A stretch of 64,000 nt of DNA, taken from positions 116,374,001 to 116,438,000 of the forward strand of contig OZ024741.1 of NCBI GenBank assembly GCA_964016885.1. Reading direction: 5' to 3'. The DNA is from Eledone cirrhosa. Lineage: Eukaryota. Below are positions 52,309 to 64,000 of the stretch, piece by piece (positions within the stretch are counted from its first letter, which is position 1; each line of letters opens with the position of its first letter). The notes under the pieces were generated by a model that did no database searches, was not told the DNA's origin, and saw nothing but the letters and a program-made list of their open reading frames with translations. A program made the position numbers and the translations under genes.

Positions 52309-52630
52309 GGAGGCACATGGCTTAGCGGTTAGAGCATTGACCTTGCAATCGAAAGGTGAGTTCAATTCCCAGACCGGGTGATGTGTTGTTTCCTTGAGCA
52401 AGACACTTTATTTCACATTGCTCCAGTTTACTCAGCTGTAGAAATGAGATGATAGGGAGAGGGGTCCATATCATTCTACTGCAAAGTGGTCGTGGAGGTG
52501 CCACGGCAAAAAAGCACCCAGCACTCACTGTAAATGAGGTTGGTGTTAGGAAGGGCATCCAGCTGTAGAAATCGAGCCAGAATCAGTTCCTTGCAAGCAG
52601 GGAAAAGCGGACGCAAAATGAAATGAAATG
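52309..52630 (+). mobile_element. tRNA-derived SINE with CORE-like domain and RTE-type 3' end
   Basis: A box TGGCTTAGCGG, B box GTTCAATTCC, then ccttgagcaagacacttt...cagtttactcagctgtagaaatg (CORE-like), then the RTE 3' UTR module. Related heads at ~9810-9930, 21340-21430(-), 24265-24350(-), 34720-34790, 37200-37340(-), 37740-37830, 44935-45030(-), 59400-59505(-) and 59775-59860. Confidence 0.75.
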
Positions 52631-55600
52631 GGGTGTGGATTTCAATGTTTTTATTTTTATTATTATTATTGTTTAGTCAGTGAAGGTAAAGCAGTGCCTG
52701 TGTCTCTCTTAAGGGCCTCTGAGAAAATGGGAATGATGAAAGGAGGAACGTGTCTTCAAACTGCAGAGACCTAGTCCATTAAATATTTATACCACAGTAG
52801 ACTCTGCTAAAAGCACACTAGGGCCAAGTGTTTTGAAGCTGAAAGGGGGTGGTAGAGGCAATCTAAAAAAGAATACATTAAGAATTAATCTTTGACATTT
52901 GTTAATAGCTGTTAGAAAAGAGAAACATCATGAATTATAACTTTAACTTTGAACCTTTACATTACCATATTTCAAATGAAAAACACTGCATTTGATTTTA
53001 AAATCATTTTGAAAATGATTGGGAATTAACTTATCCCTTAAGTTGGTGTAAGAACATAACTTGAGAAGGGTTCTTGCATAAAATTAGGATAAACAATTTT
53101 TAGGTATATATAAACACTTCAACCCTTCTGTAACCACATTTCTAATGAAATATGCTGCATATGATTTTCAAACCATTTTGAAAATAACTAAGAATTTGTA
53201 AGGTTTTAGTGATATAACTAACTTTCTAATTATTAAGCTGGTGTTTAGAACATAACAAAAGTTCCCACATAAAATTATCGTGGAAAAGTTTTAGATAAAT
53301 GTTAAACATTTTAAAATCAATAGTTTTGTATCATAGAATCAGAAGCAATTTCAGGTATCAAAAGGATTAATTATTGACTTCTGCCAATATCTATTAGTAG
53401 AAGCATTGTGTGAATTGCAACTACAATTTTTAAATAATGGCTTCATTCTTTTCTGAAAGCTAGACTCTGAAATGTCACTTTGTTCAAACCATATTATTGA
53501 TATTCAACAGTGACAGTTTCTAGTGTTTCTAACACCATGTAACTATTCACTATTTCCACTTGCTTCTTCATTGGCTTTGTAGGAATCTAGATGTCAATGA
53601 TAGTGGCCTATTAGTTAAACCTGCTGATACCAAATTGCCCGAAATTGATGCTTGTTCTAGGATACAGAGACACCTGTTTGAAAGTGTTCATATTTAAATT
53701 TAAACCTTCCATCATAATTTTATGTAAGAAAATTGTTCTAGATGCCATCTTAATAAGTTATATTACTAAATGCCTACAAATTCTTGATTATTTTCAAATA
53801 TTATTTGGAAATCATAGGCAGTAATTTCATTAGAAATTTAGTAATGAAAAAGTTAAAGATTGACTTCGTTCTTGAAAATGAATTGTGGCAAGAGGCACTA
53901 TAAATAAAATTGGTGCACTTCCTGGGAAGAGGCTTACATATCCCATGAAAAAAAGCTCCCAGTACATGCTGTAATGTGGTTGGCATTAGGAAGGGCATCC
54001 AGCCATAGAAACCAAGCCAAAACAAGTCCATATGAGCATGACGTGGTCACCTGACCTGGTTAGCCTCATAACATGACAATCTGTCTAACCCATGCAAGCA
54101 TGGAAAATAGACATAAATGGTGATGGCGATAGACCACCATCATCATTACTACAATGATATATACCTGGACAATTTGGGAGATTGCTCTCTGGTATGTAGA
54201 ATCCTAGCCAGGTGCATGGTGCCTCATGGTCACAATGGAGAAAACTGTACCCCAGAAGTAAGCAAGGTGTATGTATTGAAATAGCCAAACCAACTCTATC
54301 TGATATACATTCCAAATGTGATAGAAGGCTGCACAAACACTTCTTGATATTTATTGATCAGTATCCATGAAATAAACAGTTTTAAGTAGCCAGGCTGGAC
54401 TAACAACAAACTGAGAAAAACACTGGTCTGACAACTCTCCAGATTGATTTTGATCTCTACTGCTATTAGAAAATTGTTGGTCAGTTTGCTTTCACTGAGT
54501 TTTATACTCAGTATTTGTTGTACTGTGTGACTAGTTCAAATTTTCTATGCAAAGTATTAATGAAATTACATTATTTGTATGTGTGTATGTCGTATACACA
54601 TGCCCACTCTTCCCCACCTCCATCAATCTGACATATCTTCTCTTATGGCAAGGTTTTGTGAATCTCTTATACCCATTTGTGACAATATATCAAATGAAAG
54701 ACACTGCTAATAATTTTGAAAATAATCAAGAATTTCTCATGGCTGGAACTTAACTTAAGATAACGTTAGGATGAAAGGTTTTTATGTAACATGAAAATGC
54801 TTTAAAATAAAGTTTTGTATCATAAAACCATGGGTAGTTTGATATTAAAAGGGTTAAATAACTGAGTAAGGCTAAATTGGATGCTGAAATGGTTCAATAT
54901 TTTGCCATTCCATGTTCAAATTTTACAAGCCCTTCTTTGAATTTTTCAATTCATCTGCTGTACTATGTTCATTTACAATACTCCACCTATTCCCATACAA
55001 TGTAAATCTTATTTCTGTTAAAAAGAAGTTGAGATTATGTTTTCATCATTGTTTTTATTGGCATGGGTTGGATTGGATGAGACTGTTTGCATCAGTATCT
55101 TACAGCTTGATGCCATTCCTAATACCAACCCTTTTAGTTGTTTCTTACAATATGTAGGGATATGGTGCACCCATTCTAAATCGGATACCCACAATGTTGT
55201 TTTTGGATGTTAACAATCAAACTTAACCAATTTTCAAATATATTCATCATTAATATATTAGGAATATATTGATTATTATCAGTGAAAGCAGTGTTGGATT
55301 CATATTCATATGGTCTCGCATTGTGTTTTTGAGCAAGACGCTTCATTTCATGTTGCTTTTCATGATAGGATTGGGGTCCACATCATTAAAACACCTGAAA
55401 CCTCCTAATTTCATTTTCCTTTTTTTCCACCATCATTGTTTTTACATCTGCTTTTCCATGCTGACATGTAGGGATACATACTATATAGCTATTCTAAAAA
55501 CCAGGATACACATCTACAAATTACTTATATTTTATTTTTAAAAATATTTCCAGAATATCTTATTGTACATATTTTATATGGACAATAAAATATTCTGGAA

Positions 55601-57707
55601 ATATTTTTTCTAAAATTAAAGAAAATTCCTCGCTTGGCAAGTGCTTTGTTTTAACTCTTTCATAACCATGTTTAGTGAAAACACTCCCTATGATTTTTAA
55701 TTAATTTGAAAATAATGAAGAATTTGGAGTGATATAACTTTATTATTAATCTGGGTGGTTGGAACATAACAAATTTTATTAGATAAGATTATGAAATATA
55801 AGCTTAGTATCATAGAACCAGGAGCAGTTTGGCATTAAAAGGATTATAATGTTTGTCCTATACAGATTATTGATGGGTTTTTTGAGAGTATATATTAGAA
55901 GAAAACAATGCTTCTTGCAAATGGTTTCATTATATACCTAAATTATTGCAAATATGTCTTGCCATAACTTGTTTGGTGCAATGATTAATATTAAAAAAAG
56001 AAAAATTAAGTAAAACCAGTTTTACCTGTATATATAAAACCAGTTGTTATAGAATCTAGATAAATGAATGAATGTAATTGCTTTGGAAGTGATTCTGTAA
56101 ATTTTCAGTTACATATGTAACGCTGTTTTTAAATAACTATATCCTTATATCAATGCTGTTCTACACCTAGTCCACCCTGTAAGGTGGTCCTACTGGTGCC
56201 ATGTTAAAAAGCAACCAGTCTACTCTAAGTTCTGTATTTTGTCACTCCATGTTCAAATTCTTCAACTTCTACAAGTCCCTTCTCCTTCATTCCCTTCCCT
56301 CTTTTGGTAAATTTTTCAGTTCATCTGCTGTGCAGTGCTCATTTGCAATACTCCCACCCTTTTCCATATTCTGTAAAGTGGTCATGCTGGTACCTTGTAA
56401 AAAGCACACTGTCCTCCCTGTAAAGTGGTAGTGTATAACTGTATAGCAGAGTCATGATAAAATACTCCCAATACATGATGTAAAGTGCTTGGCATTAGGA
56501 AAGCATCCACCAATAGAAACCAAGCCAAAAACAGAGCTTGTGAACAAGACATAATCACTTGACTAGTCTAGTCTCAGTAGTGACTTGTCTAACCCACGCA
56601 AGCTTAGAAAATACTTGTTAAATTGTGATAATTATGATGAATCTGCATCACATTTGCAAGGGATATGCCATCTCCATGTTTGTTTATATGTTGCTCTGCA
56701 AGATGTATATAGAGGATTGTTCTGGCAACATTTACAATGCTATAGTATCAACCATAATAATATGCCATGTGTGTTTGTAAGGACTCATAACTCCTGATGG
56801 AATCGTATGTATGTGATTATGACATGTCTGGCAGAGCCCACCCCTCTCCAGGTCTGAACACAGCTGATTTCTTTGAAAGGAGGGGAATTGAAAAAGAATT
56901 AACTCTAGTACTGTACTGGTACTTTATTTTTTATTGATCTCAAAAGATGAAAGGCATTTGACCTCAGTGGGATCTTAATTCAGCCAGAACAAATACAAAG
57001 GCTTCCTATCGGACATTCTAATGAATCTACCAATTCACTGACTGTGTTTGTGTGTGTGTATACATACACACACACAATCAATTTACACTACAAAGAATTC
57101 ATAATTAATAGGATGCATGTTTCAATGGCCATCTCATTGGCTTTTAATCATACACAAACACATACATTGCAGTAAAACCTTGGTTAAAAAAATATTCAAA
57201 GGATCAGAGCACTCAGTCCATGGGACAAGTTATGATGTACAATAAAATTTAAATACGCACTTTACCCCAATACGCTAATGAAAAGTGTGTATTTGCATTA
57301 TGCAATCGTATTTTAATCTTAGTGTGTGTGTGTATTTATATATATTTGTCCTGTAGATAGTTATTTCTCCAAAGTTACTCACATTTAATCTTGTGTGTCA
57401 TTAACATATGCTAAGGATTTATGTCATTAAATCCTAGAAAAAAATTATTAAAAGATCATTCTTATCTTTAATCAACATAGGCTATAGGGTTTCTCTTATG
57501 CATATTTCAAAGATAACAGATAGCTTTGGCATTGTGTCAGCAACTAGGTACCAAAACGTTCAGCAAAAGATTTAACATAAAGAATAAATGATAAATGTAA
57601 AGTGAAATTTTTGCATGTTTTTTTTTCTTTTTGTTAGTTAATGACTAAAATTACTTTTCCATGATGTAATTGCTATATATAACTGTCTTTTTAATATTAT
57701 TTTCCAG

Positions 57708-57786
57708 GTAAAACAATTAAAGAAAAAAGTTGAAGAAGATAAGGGTAAAGACTACCCTGCAGCTGCCCAAAAACTGATATATTCAG
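57708..57786 (+). CDS. RAD23: RAD23 coding exon 2 (UbL)
   Basis: tttccag acceptor, VKQLKKKVEEDKGKDYPAAAQKLIYS+G, GTAGGT donor. Matches RAD23 VK.LK.KIE.EKGKD.FP..GQKLIYAG. 79 nt. Confidence 0.93.
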
Positions 57787-57862
57787 GTAGGTTATGTCAC
57801 CCTTTATTCTCCAACTAATCTGCCAAGTAAAGGAAAAAATAATCTCAAGCCATACTCTATAG

Positions 57863-58045
57863 CAGTGGTTCCCAAAGTGGGTTCCTTGGAACCCCAAGGG
57901 TTCTGCAAAAGAGTGTCTGGGGTTCTGTGAAAAAAGTAGAGGAGTATTTTTATATTACAACAATATAAGTGTTAGAATTTGGGGTTCCCTCAAAAGTTTC
58001 TGAATCAAAAGAGGTTCTGCGTTCAAAAAAGTTTGGGAAACCCTA
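57863..58045. mobile_element. hAT (Charlie-like) MITE
   Basis: Ends CAGTGGTTCCCAAA / TTTGGGAAACCCTA with a perfect 8-bp TSD CTCTATAG (57855-57862, 58046-58053); 76 bp downstream of RAD23 exon 2. Confidence 0.85.
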
Positions 58046-58949
58046 CTCTATAGTATCTTTTAACCATTTTGTTACCAGATTTCTAATGAAAATCCCTGCC
58101 TGTAATTTTCAAATAATTTTGAAAATAATCAACAATTTGGATTTTAATACTATAGCTAATTTTGTCATTATTAAGTTGATGTTTAGAATATAGCTTAAGA
58201 TAAGTTTTCATATAAAATTATGAAGAAAGGTTTTTAGATAAATATAAACATCTTAAAATAGTTCTGTATTGTAAAACCAGGGCAATTTTGTTATCAGAAT
58301 GGTTAAAAGTCACAATGTAGATGGGGTGGGTAGGGGTAGAGAGAATAGCTACTAAGGTGTAATAGTGAAGGTATCTAAGGGCTTTAGAGGGCAGCAATCA
58401 AGGGATGGATGGAGTGGAGTGTGTAATGAGGGTGAGGATAGCTGCTAAGGAGTGCTATTGTGAGGGGGACACTGGGATAAGTCAGGTCATTGTATGCTGT
58501 TGGCCAGGTCTTCGTCGTTAATTTAAATGCTTATAAGCATCTCTATTAGTGGACAGATTGTTAAAATTTGCAGCATTGGACTAAAGTCTTCAATTTTTAA
58601 TGTGATGCAAGCATAATGCTGTGTTGTACCTTTTAAGAATGTGTTGCTAATGTTGTTTCATGTTAAGATGACTTGACTTTTAAGAAGGGTTAGAAGTGGT
58701 GTAGAAGATTTTCATAGAATAGTTATCTATTGTCAATGAAAAGTGAACTTTGTATGTTGTGGAGTAGGAGGGTTTGTATGATATGGAGAGTACTAAAAAC
58801 TAACAGAGTTCTTCTAATTTTGTCCTAATTACTTACAATGGTGAATTGCCAGTGCTGTGGTAGAAATGTCTGTAAACTGCTGCTATAGACTCACATTTTA
58901 CCAGATCTCTGAAAGAAAAAAGAATGAAGTAGACAACTGAAATATTTAA

Positions 58950-59150
58950 CCCATTTGATACCAAGCCACTTGAAACTGCCCTATGATACAGGGCTGTCAT
59001 ATATTTAAGCCTTCTATCATAATTTTATGTAAGAACCTTTAAGTTATGTTCAAAATACCAGCTTAATAACAAGAAAGTTATATTACTAAATCCCTCCAAA
59101 TTCTTGATTATTTTTAAAGGGTGTTTCATCAGAAATATGGTTATAAAGGG
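58950..59150. mobile_element. piggyBac-like MITE, family B (reverse orientation)
   Basis: TTAA|CCCATTTGATACC...GGTTATAAAGGG|TTAA. Confidence 0.75.
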
Positions 59151-62100
59151 TTAATATATTTCAGTGAAAAGTTAGGGTAAAGTGGTAACCAGTAATAATG
59201 TCATGATAGGAAAAGCTATCACATTTTGGAAGTTAGTCATATTAAAAAAATTACCATTTTATTATCTACTTGAAATAGAGATGCTTGAGTAGAAATGAAA
59301 TTTACATGGTTATGCAAATTTAGCTGGTCTGCTTTGAGGTTGCATCCATAGGAAGTTTCTTAAATAGTTTATTGATATGGTCCCCAATTTTATAAAAATC
59401 GTGAAATGAAGTGTCTTGCTCAAGAGCACATATCATCTGGTTCAAGAATTGAACCCACAACTTTATGGTTGTGGAATTAACAGCCTAACCACTAGACTAT
59501 GCACCTTCGGTTTTAGTAGCTTTATCTATTCAATAACTACTTTTTTAGTCTGTCTTTATGTGAGTTTAACAAGCATGGACTTTTCTTTTTCTTTTAGTTT
59601 GTGTGTTTGGTGTTGTTGATGGTGGGGGCAATTAGTTGTAGTATAAATAAAATTGTCATTAATAGTCAGGAGTAAATTGTTTTCTAATAATACCTTATGT
59701 TTATAACATTGTTATCTCACTTTGTTAAATACAGAGACTAAATAAGTTAGCAGCTAATAGGTTTCTTGTTGGCATGGGCATGTGGCTAAGAAGTTTGTTT
59801 GCAATCATGTGGTTTTGAGTTCAACTCTACTGAGAGACACCTTGGACAAGTGTATTCTACTATTATAACCTTGGATTGATCTATACATTGTGAGTGAAAT
59901 TTCGTAGGCAGAAACTATTAAAAAGTGTGTGTATATGCATGTATGCGCATGCAGACATACACACATGGAAAGGTGGAAGTGCTGGTGTCACTATAAAATT
60001 CACCCAGCTCACTTTGTACAGTGGTAGTGTTGGTGTCACATTAAAACCATGCAGTCCATCCTGAAAAGCATCCATGAAAAGCAAACCCAGTACATGTTGT
60101 GAAGTGTTTGGCATTAGGAAGGCTATCCAGCTGTAGAAACTTTGCCAAAATGCAGGTTGTTTGACCTGTGTGTTGAGCCTCAGAGCGTGATAACCTATCT
60201 GACCCATTGCAAGCGTGGAAAATAGATGTAAAATGGTGGCGGTGACGATGTATGTGGGCTTGTGTATGTTTACTGTTTGGCTGTGTCTATGGTTTTACAA
60301 AATGAATCGCTAAAATAAGTACCAGAAATTGAAAAAATAAGGGTTGAGTAGTAAGTATATGATTGGCTAAAAACCCTTCAAGGTGATGCCAGCATGGTCA
60401 CATTCGAATGACTCAAGCCAGTAAAAGAGTAAATTTAAAATCAAACTCCTGAATTTATTGCTTCAGTCTATAGTAATGTAATCAGTAACTGAGTAATTAA
60501 ATTAGTTGAAGAGTTGTTTACAATAAATGGAATGATTATATTATGAATTGACTCATTAATCAGCTTCAGTTTGAACTCTTTTGATACCAAACTGCCTGTA
60601 ACCACCTGATTCTATAAAACAAGAATATTTATATTTATCTTTAAAAAAAAAACTTCCGTCATCATTCTATATAACAACCTTTAAGTTATACTCCAGACAT
60701 CAATTAAATAATGAAAAATTTAGTTATATTAAGAAATCCTTCTAAATTTTTTATTATTTTCAAAATTCTTTAAAAATTATAGGCAATCTTACATTAGAAA
60801 TAGGGTAATGAAAGGGTTAAGCTATATTATTTCAATTTACATGTTGCTATCTATCTTTACTGACTGACTGACAAACAAATTATTTGGCTGAAAAGTATTT
60901 TACTTTAAACCTAGGAAATAAAACGTGATCATATATAATTAACCTGTTTAAAAGACTTGTTTTCAATACACAGAAGAATAGTTGACTTAACTAGGTTAAT
61001 AAAGTTTTAAAGCAACAATACTTTGAATAAATTGCAGTATTTATTGGGAACTTGAAACTATAAAATTATGAAGGGCATTGCTATGGTTTTCAAATAATTT
61101 TGAAAATATTCTTGATTTTGGAGGGATTTAGTAATATAGCTTTTTCATCATTAACCCCTTTGAAACTGACATGCTCAAAACTGCCTCTGGCTCTATGAGA
61201 CAAAGCCATGCATTTTAAAGGGTTTCAATTGAAATTTTCTAACAATTTAATATAAGATCCTTTTATTATGTAATAAATACCGTCTTGATGAAATAATCAA
61301 TAATTTTATTGAACCCCTCCAAATTCATCATTAATTAATTCAAACACAATGTTTCATTAAAAATATTGTAACAAAAAGGTAAAGCTGGTGTTTAGAACAG
61401 AATTATGGTGAAAGATTTTTAGCAGCTTCATGTAGTAATTAGTCTGTCATCATTTGGTCATAAGGATTATTATATTAAAAACTTTTAGGACATCTAGTTG
61501 CCATCTGAATTGTATTTTGTTTCTCTAAGCCCTATATCAACATAATATAGTCTTTCATTTTGAGGCTCACTGCTGTAGGAAACTCCTTTCTTTTTCACAT
61601 GAGTTGTATTCTATATTAGCAATATCAATCTGATTTCCATCATTTCTAATTTAAGAAGGAACTGTAAGTTATCAACAAAGCTATACTGAAGAGATGAAGC
61701 ACAGATATTTTGAGCACATTCTTTTTCAATTTTCAAAATTCATCTGCTTAATTCTTTCATTACTATATTTTTAATGATAAATACTACTTATAATTAAGGT
61801 CTGTTGAAATAAATGCTAGTCAGAAGTGAGATATCATCTCTGTTAAAAATCTGATTATGGTATGAAACCAGCTTGAAGGCCAGTGCCTATGATTTTCTAT
61901 TAGTTTTGAAAACAATCAAGAATTTGGAGGAATTTAGTAAAAATCTGGCTTTCTTGTTATTAAGCTGGTGATTGGAGCATAACTTTACAAAGGTTTTTAC
62001 ATAAAGGTAAGATGGACAGCTTTTAGATATACATTAACACTTAAAATAAAATTTTGTATTGTAGAACCAGGGGCAGCTTCAGACAGCTTGCTATCAAAAA

Positions 62101-63656
62101 GATTAGCAATTTTATTTCTTTTTATACACCTTCATAGAATAGAAAACATTGTATTCAGTTAGTTTATTTTTCTGTATAAAAGTCTGCAGTTGTGATTTTT
62201 CATATTTACACACACCACACACACACACACATTGTGTGTGTGTGTGTGTCTGTGTTGATTCACTTGGATTTAGTTCAGCAATGTCATTTAATGTTTCTTT
62301 TAAAAATGTTCCTATCTTACCAATCAATTGAAAGCTGATCTATATGATATTGGTGTTATCAATACTATGATTTTAATCTATCACATAATTCCAAAGTGTG
62401 ACAATATATTTTTAAATACAAACTTAGATGATCTAAAGTCCATATTTATAAATTTATTTAACTTGTTTCTTCTTATATTTCTAATGAAAAACATAGTCTA
62501 TGATATATATATGATGATGATGATGATATATCACTTTGAAAATAATGAAGAATTTGAAGGGATTTAGTGAAATATTAAATCTTTCTCATTATTAAGTTGG
62601 TGTTTGGAACATACTTTAAATTATGATGGAAGCTTTTTAGACAAATATGATAATTTTAAAACACTTGTATCATTGGACCATGAGCAGTTTGGTATCAACA
62701 GGCTTTAAATATTTTCATTTTCTTCTATCTTACCAATCAATTGATAGCTGATCTATGTTATGTTGGTGTTATCAATATAATTCCAAATTATTCCAATATA
62801 TTATTTTTTAAATATAGGCTTAGATAATCTAACACCAGTATTAACAAATGTGTATATAAATAAGGCTAGGTTCAAATTCCACCAAGGTGAACTTTGCCTT
62901 TCGTCCTTTTGAGGTCAATAAATAAAATTTAAAAAAATACCAGTCTAGTACTGGGGTTAATTCTTCCTCTATAACTCCCTCTTGCCACCCTCTTTCTCTC
63001 TCTCTCAAATCTGCTGTGTTCAGACCTGGAAAAGAAATGGGCTCTGCTAGGTTTTAAATGGCCAAGAAATGTATGCCACTACATCAAGAGATGTGGTTCT
63101 GTACATACAATATATATAAACAAAGTGGGAACAAAAAGGCTTTAATAATAAAAGAAAATACTACAAATAAAAAAGATAAATAGTTTCTGTACCTTCTCCA
63201 TCCCACCCATTACAATTAACTTGCTTCTTTTTATCCCTACTGTATCTCACCCCCTTCACTGAACACTACTCAATCCTTCTTCCTCAGACCTACCTACTTT
63301 CTGTTCTCTCTCAACCTACTATAAAAGCTTTTTTAATGTACGACTTTAATTTTAAGTCACTATATGGTTTTTTTGTTTGATTTCTTTTTTCTTAACCTTT
63401 CAAACTGCTAGAAACTGCTCCTGCAAAGCTGTTTATTATAAAGTGTTTATATTTATTTAAAAACTTCCCATCATAATCTTATGTAAGAACCTTTTATTAA
63501 GTTATGTTCCAAACACCATCTTAATAATGAGGTAGTTTTATTGCTGAATCTCCTCAAATTCTTGATTATTTTATTATTGAATTTTTCTCATGATTGAAAT
63601 GTTTTATAAAACTACAAATATTTTTAATGTCTTTAATTTTGATTCCTATTTTTTAG

Positions 63657-63736
63657 GGAAAATTCTTGAAGATGAGAAAAAAATAGTTGACTATGATATA
63701 GAAGAAAGTAAATTTGTTGTTCTTATGGTAACTAAA
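63657..63736 (+). CDS. RAD23: RAD23 coding exon 3 (end of UbL)
   Basis: ttttag acceptor, (G)KILEDEKKIVDYDIEESKFVVLMVTK, GTAAGT donor. Matches RAD23 GKIL.D...L.EY.IDEKNFVVVMVTK. 80 nt, phase 1 to 0. Confidence 0.93.
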
Positions 63737-64000
63737 GTAAGTTTTTTTTAAATTAAATTTTATACGCATCGTCAGCATTCTATTAAAAACATACAATTAA
63801 TTTCAATGAAATCATATTCTTGTCACCAAGAGGTGCCAGTGATGATGATGATGGGATGACAGAAAGAGGTGAAAACTGTATGTCTGTGTGATAGAGATTC
63901 CATCTTTGCCAATTTGAGTGAACCCGGGACCTCATTGGCCAGCCATCCAGTGAAAGGAAGCAGTAAATTGGCTGAATCATTAGAGCTTTAAATTAAATAC

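Noticed and set aside
52309-52385. tRNA gene
   Set aside because: Has A and B boxes but no proper cloverleaf, and runs into a SINE body; it is a tRNA-derived SINE head.
26589-57707. Nested host gene within the 31-kb RAD23 intron 1
   Set aside because: No recognisable non-TE coding exons on either strand; very small exons cannot be excluded by eye.

Overview
AT-rich, microsatellite-rich animal (eukaryotic) genomic DNA. The repeat landscape (RTE LINEs, CORE-like tRNA SINEs, (TA)n/(CA)n/(ATC)n) suggests a mollusc, probably an octopus; this is an inference. Two spliced housekeeping genes sit head-to-head with start codons about 1.2 kb apart. TRMT13 (tRNA position-4 2'-O-methyltransferase) is on the minus strand, with 5 coding exons from 25313 running off the left edge. 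RAD23 (UbL domain) is on the plus strand, with 3 coding exons from 26523 and a 31-kb first intron. All exons were joined by hand with GT-AG sites and consistent phase. Most of the rest is intronic transposon material: four large decayed RTE-type LINE copies plus fragments, a Chapaev3-like DNA transposon with intact ends and a TTA duplication, a mariner fragment, piggyBac-like TTAA MITEs (often nested), hAT and Tc1/mariner MITEs, a probable Helitron, two tRNA-derived SINE families, and Penelope-type minimal hammerhead motifs. The most unusual structure is a 1.5-kb hAT-like element whose core is a ~440-bp palindrome of two convergent tRNA-like Pol III units. Most short ORFs in the supplied track are spurious. 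I found no clear multi-gene novel system.
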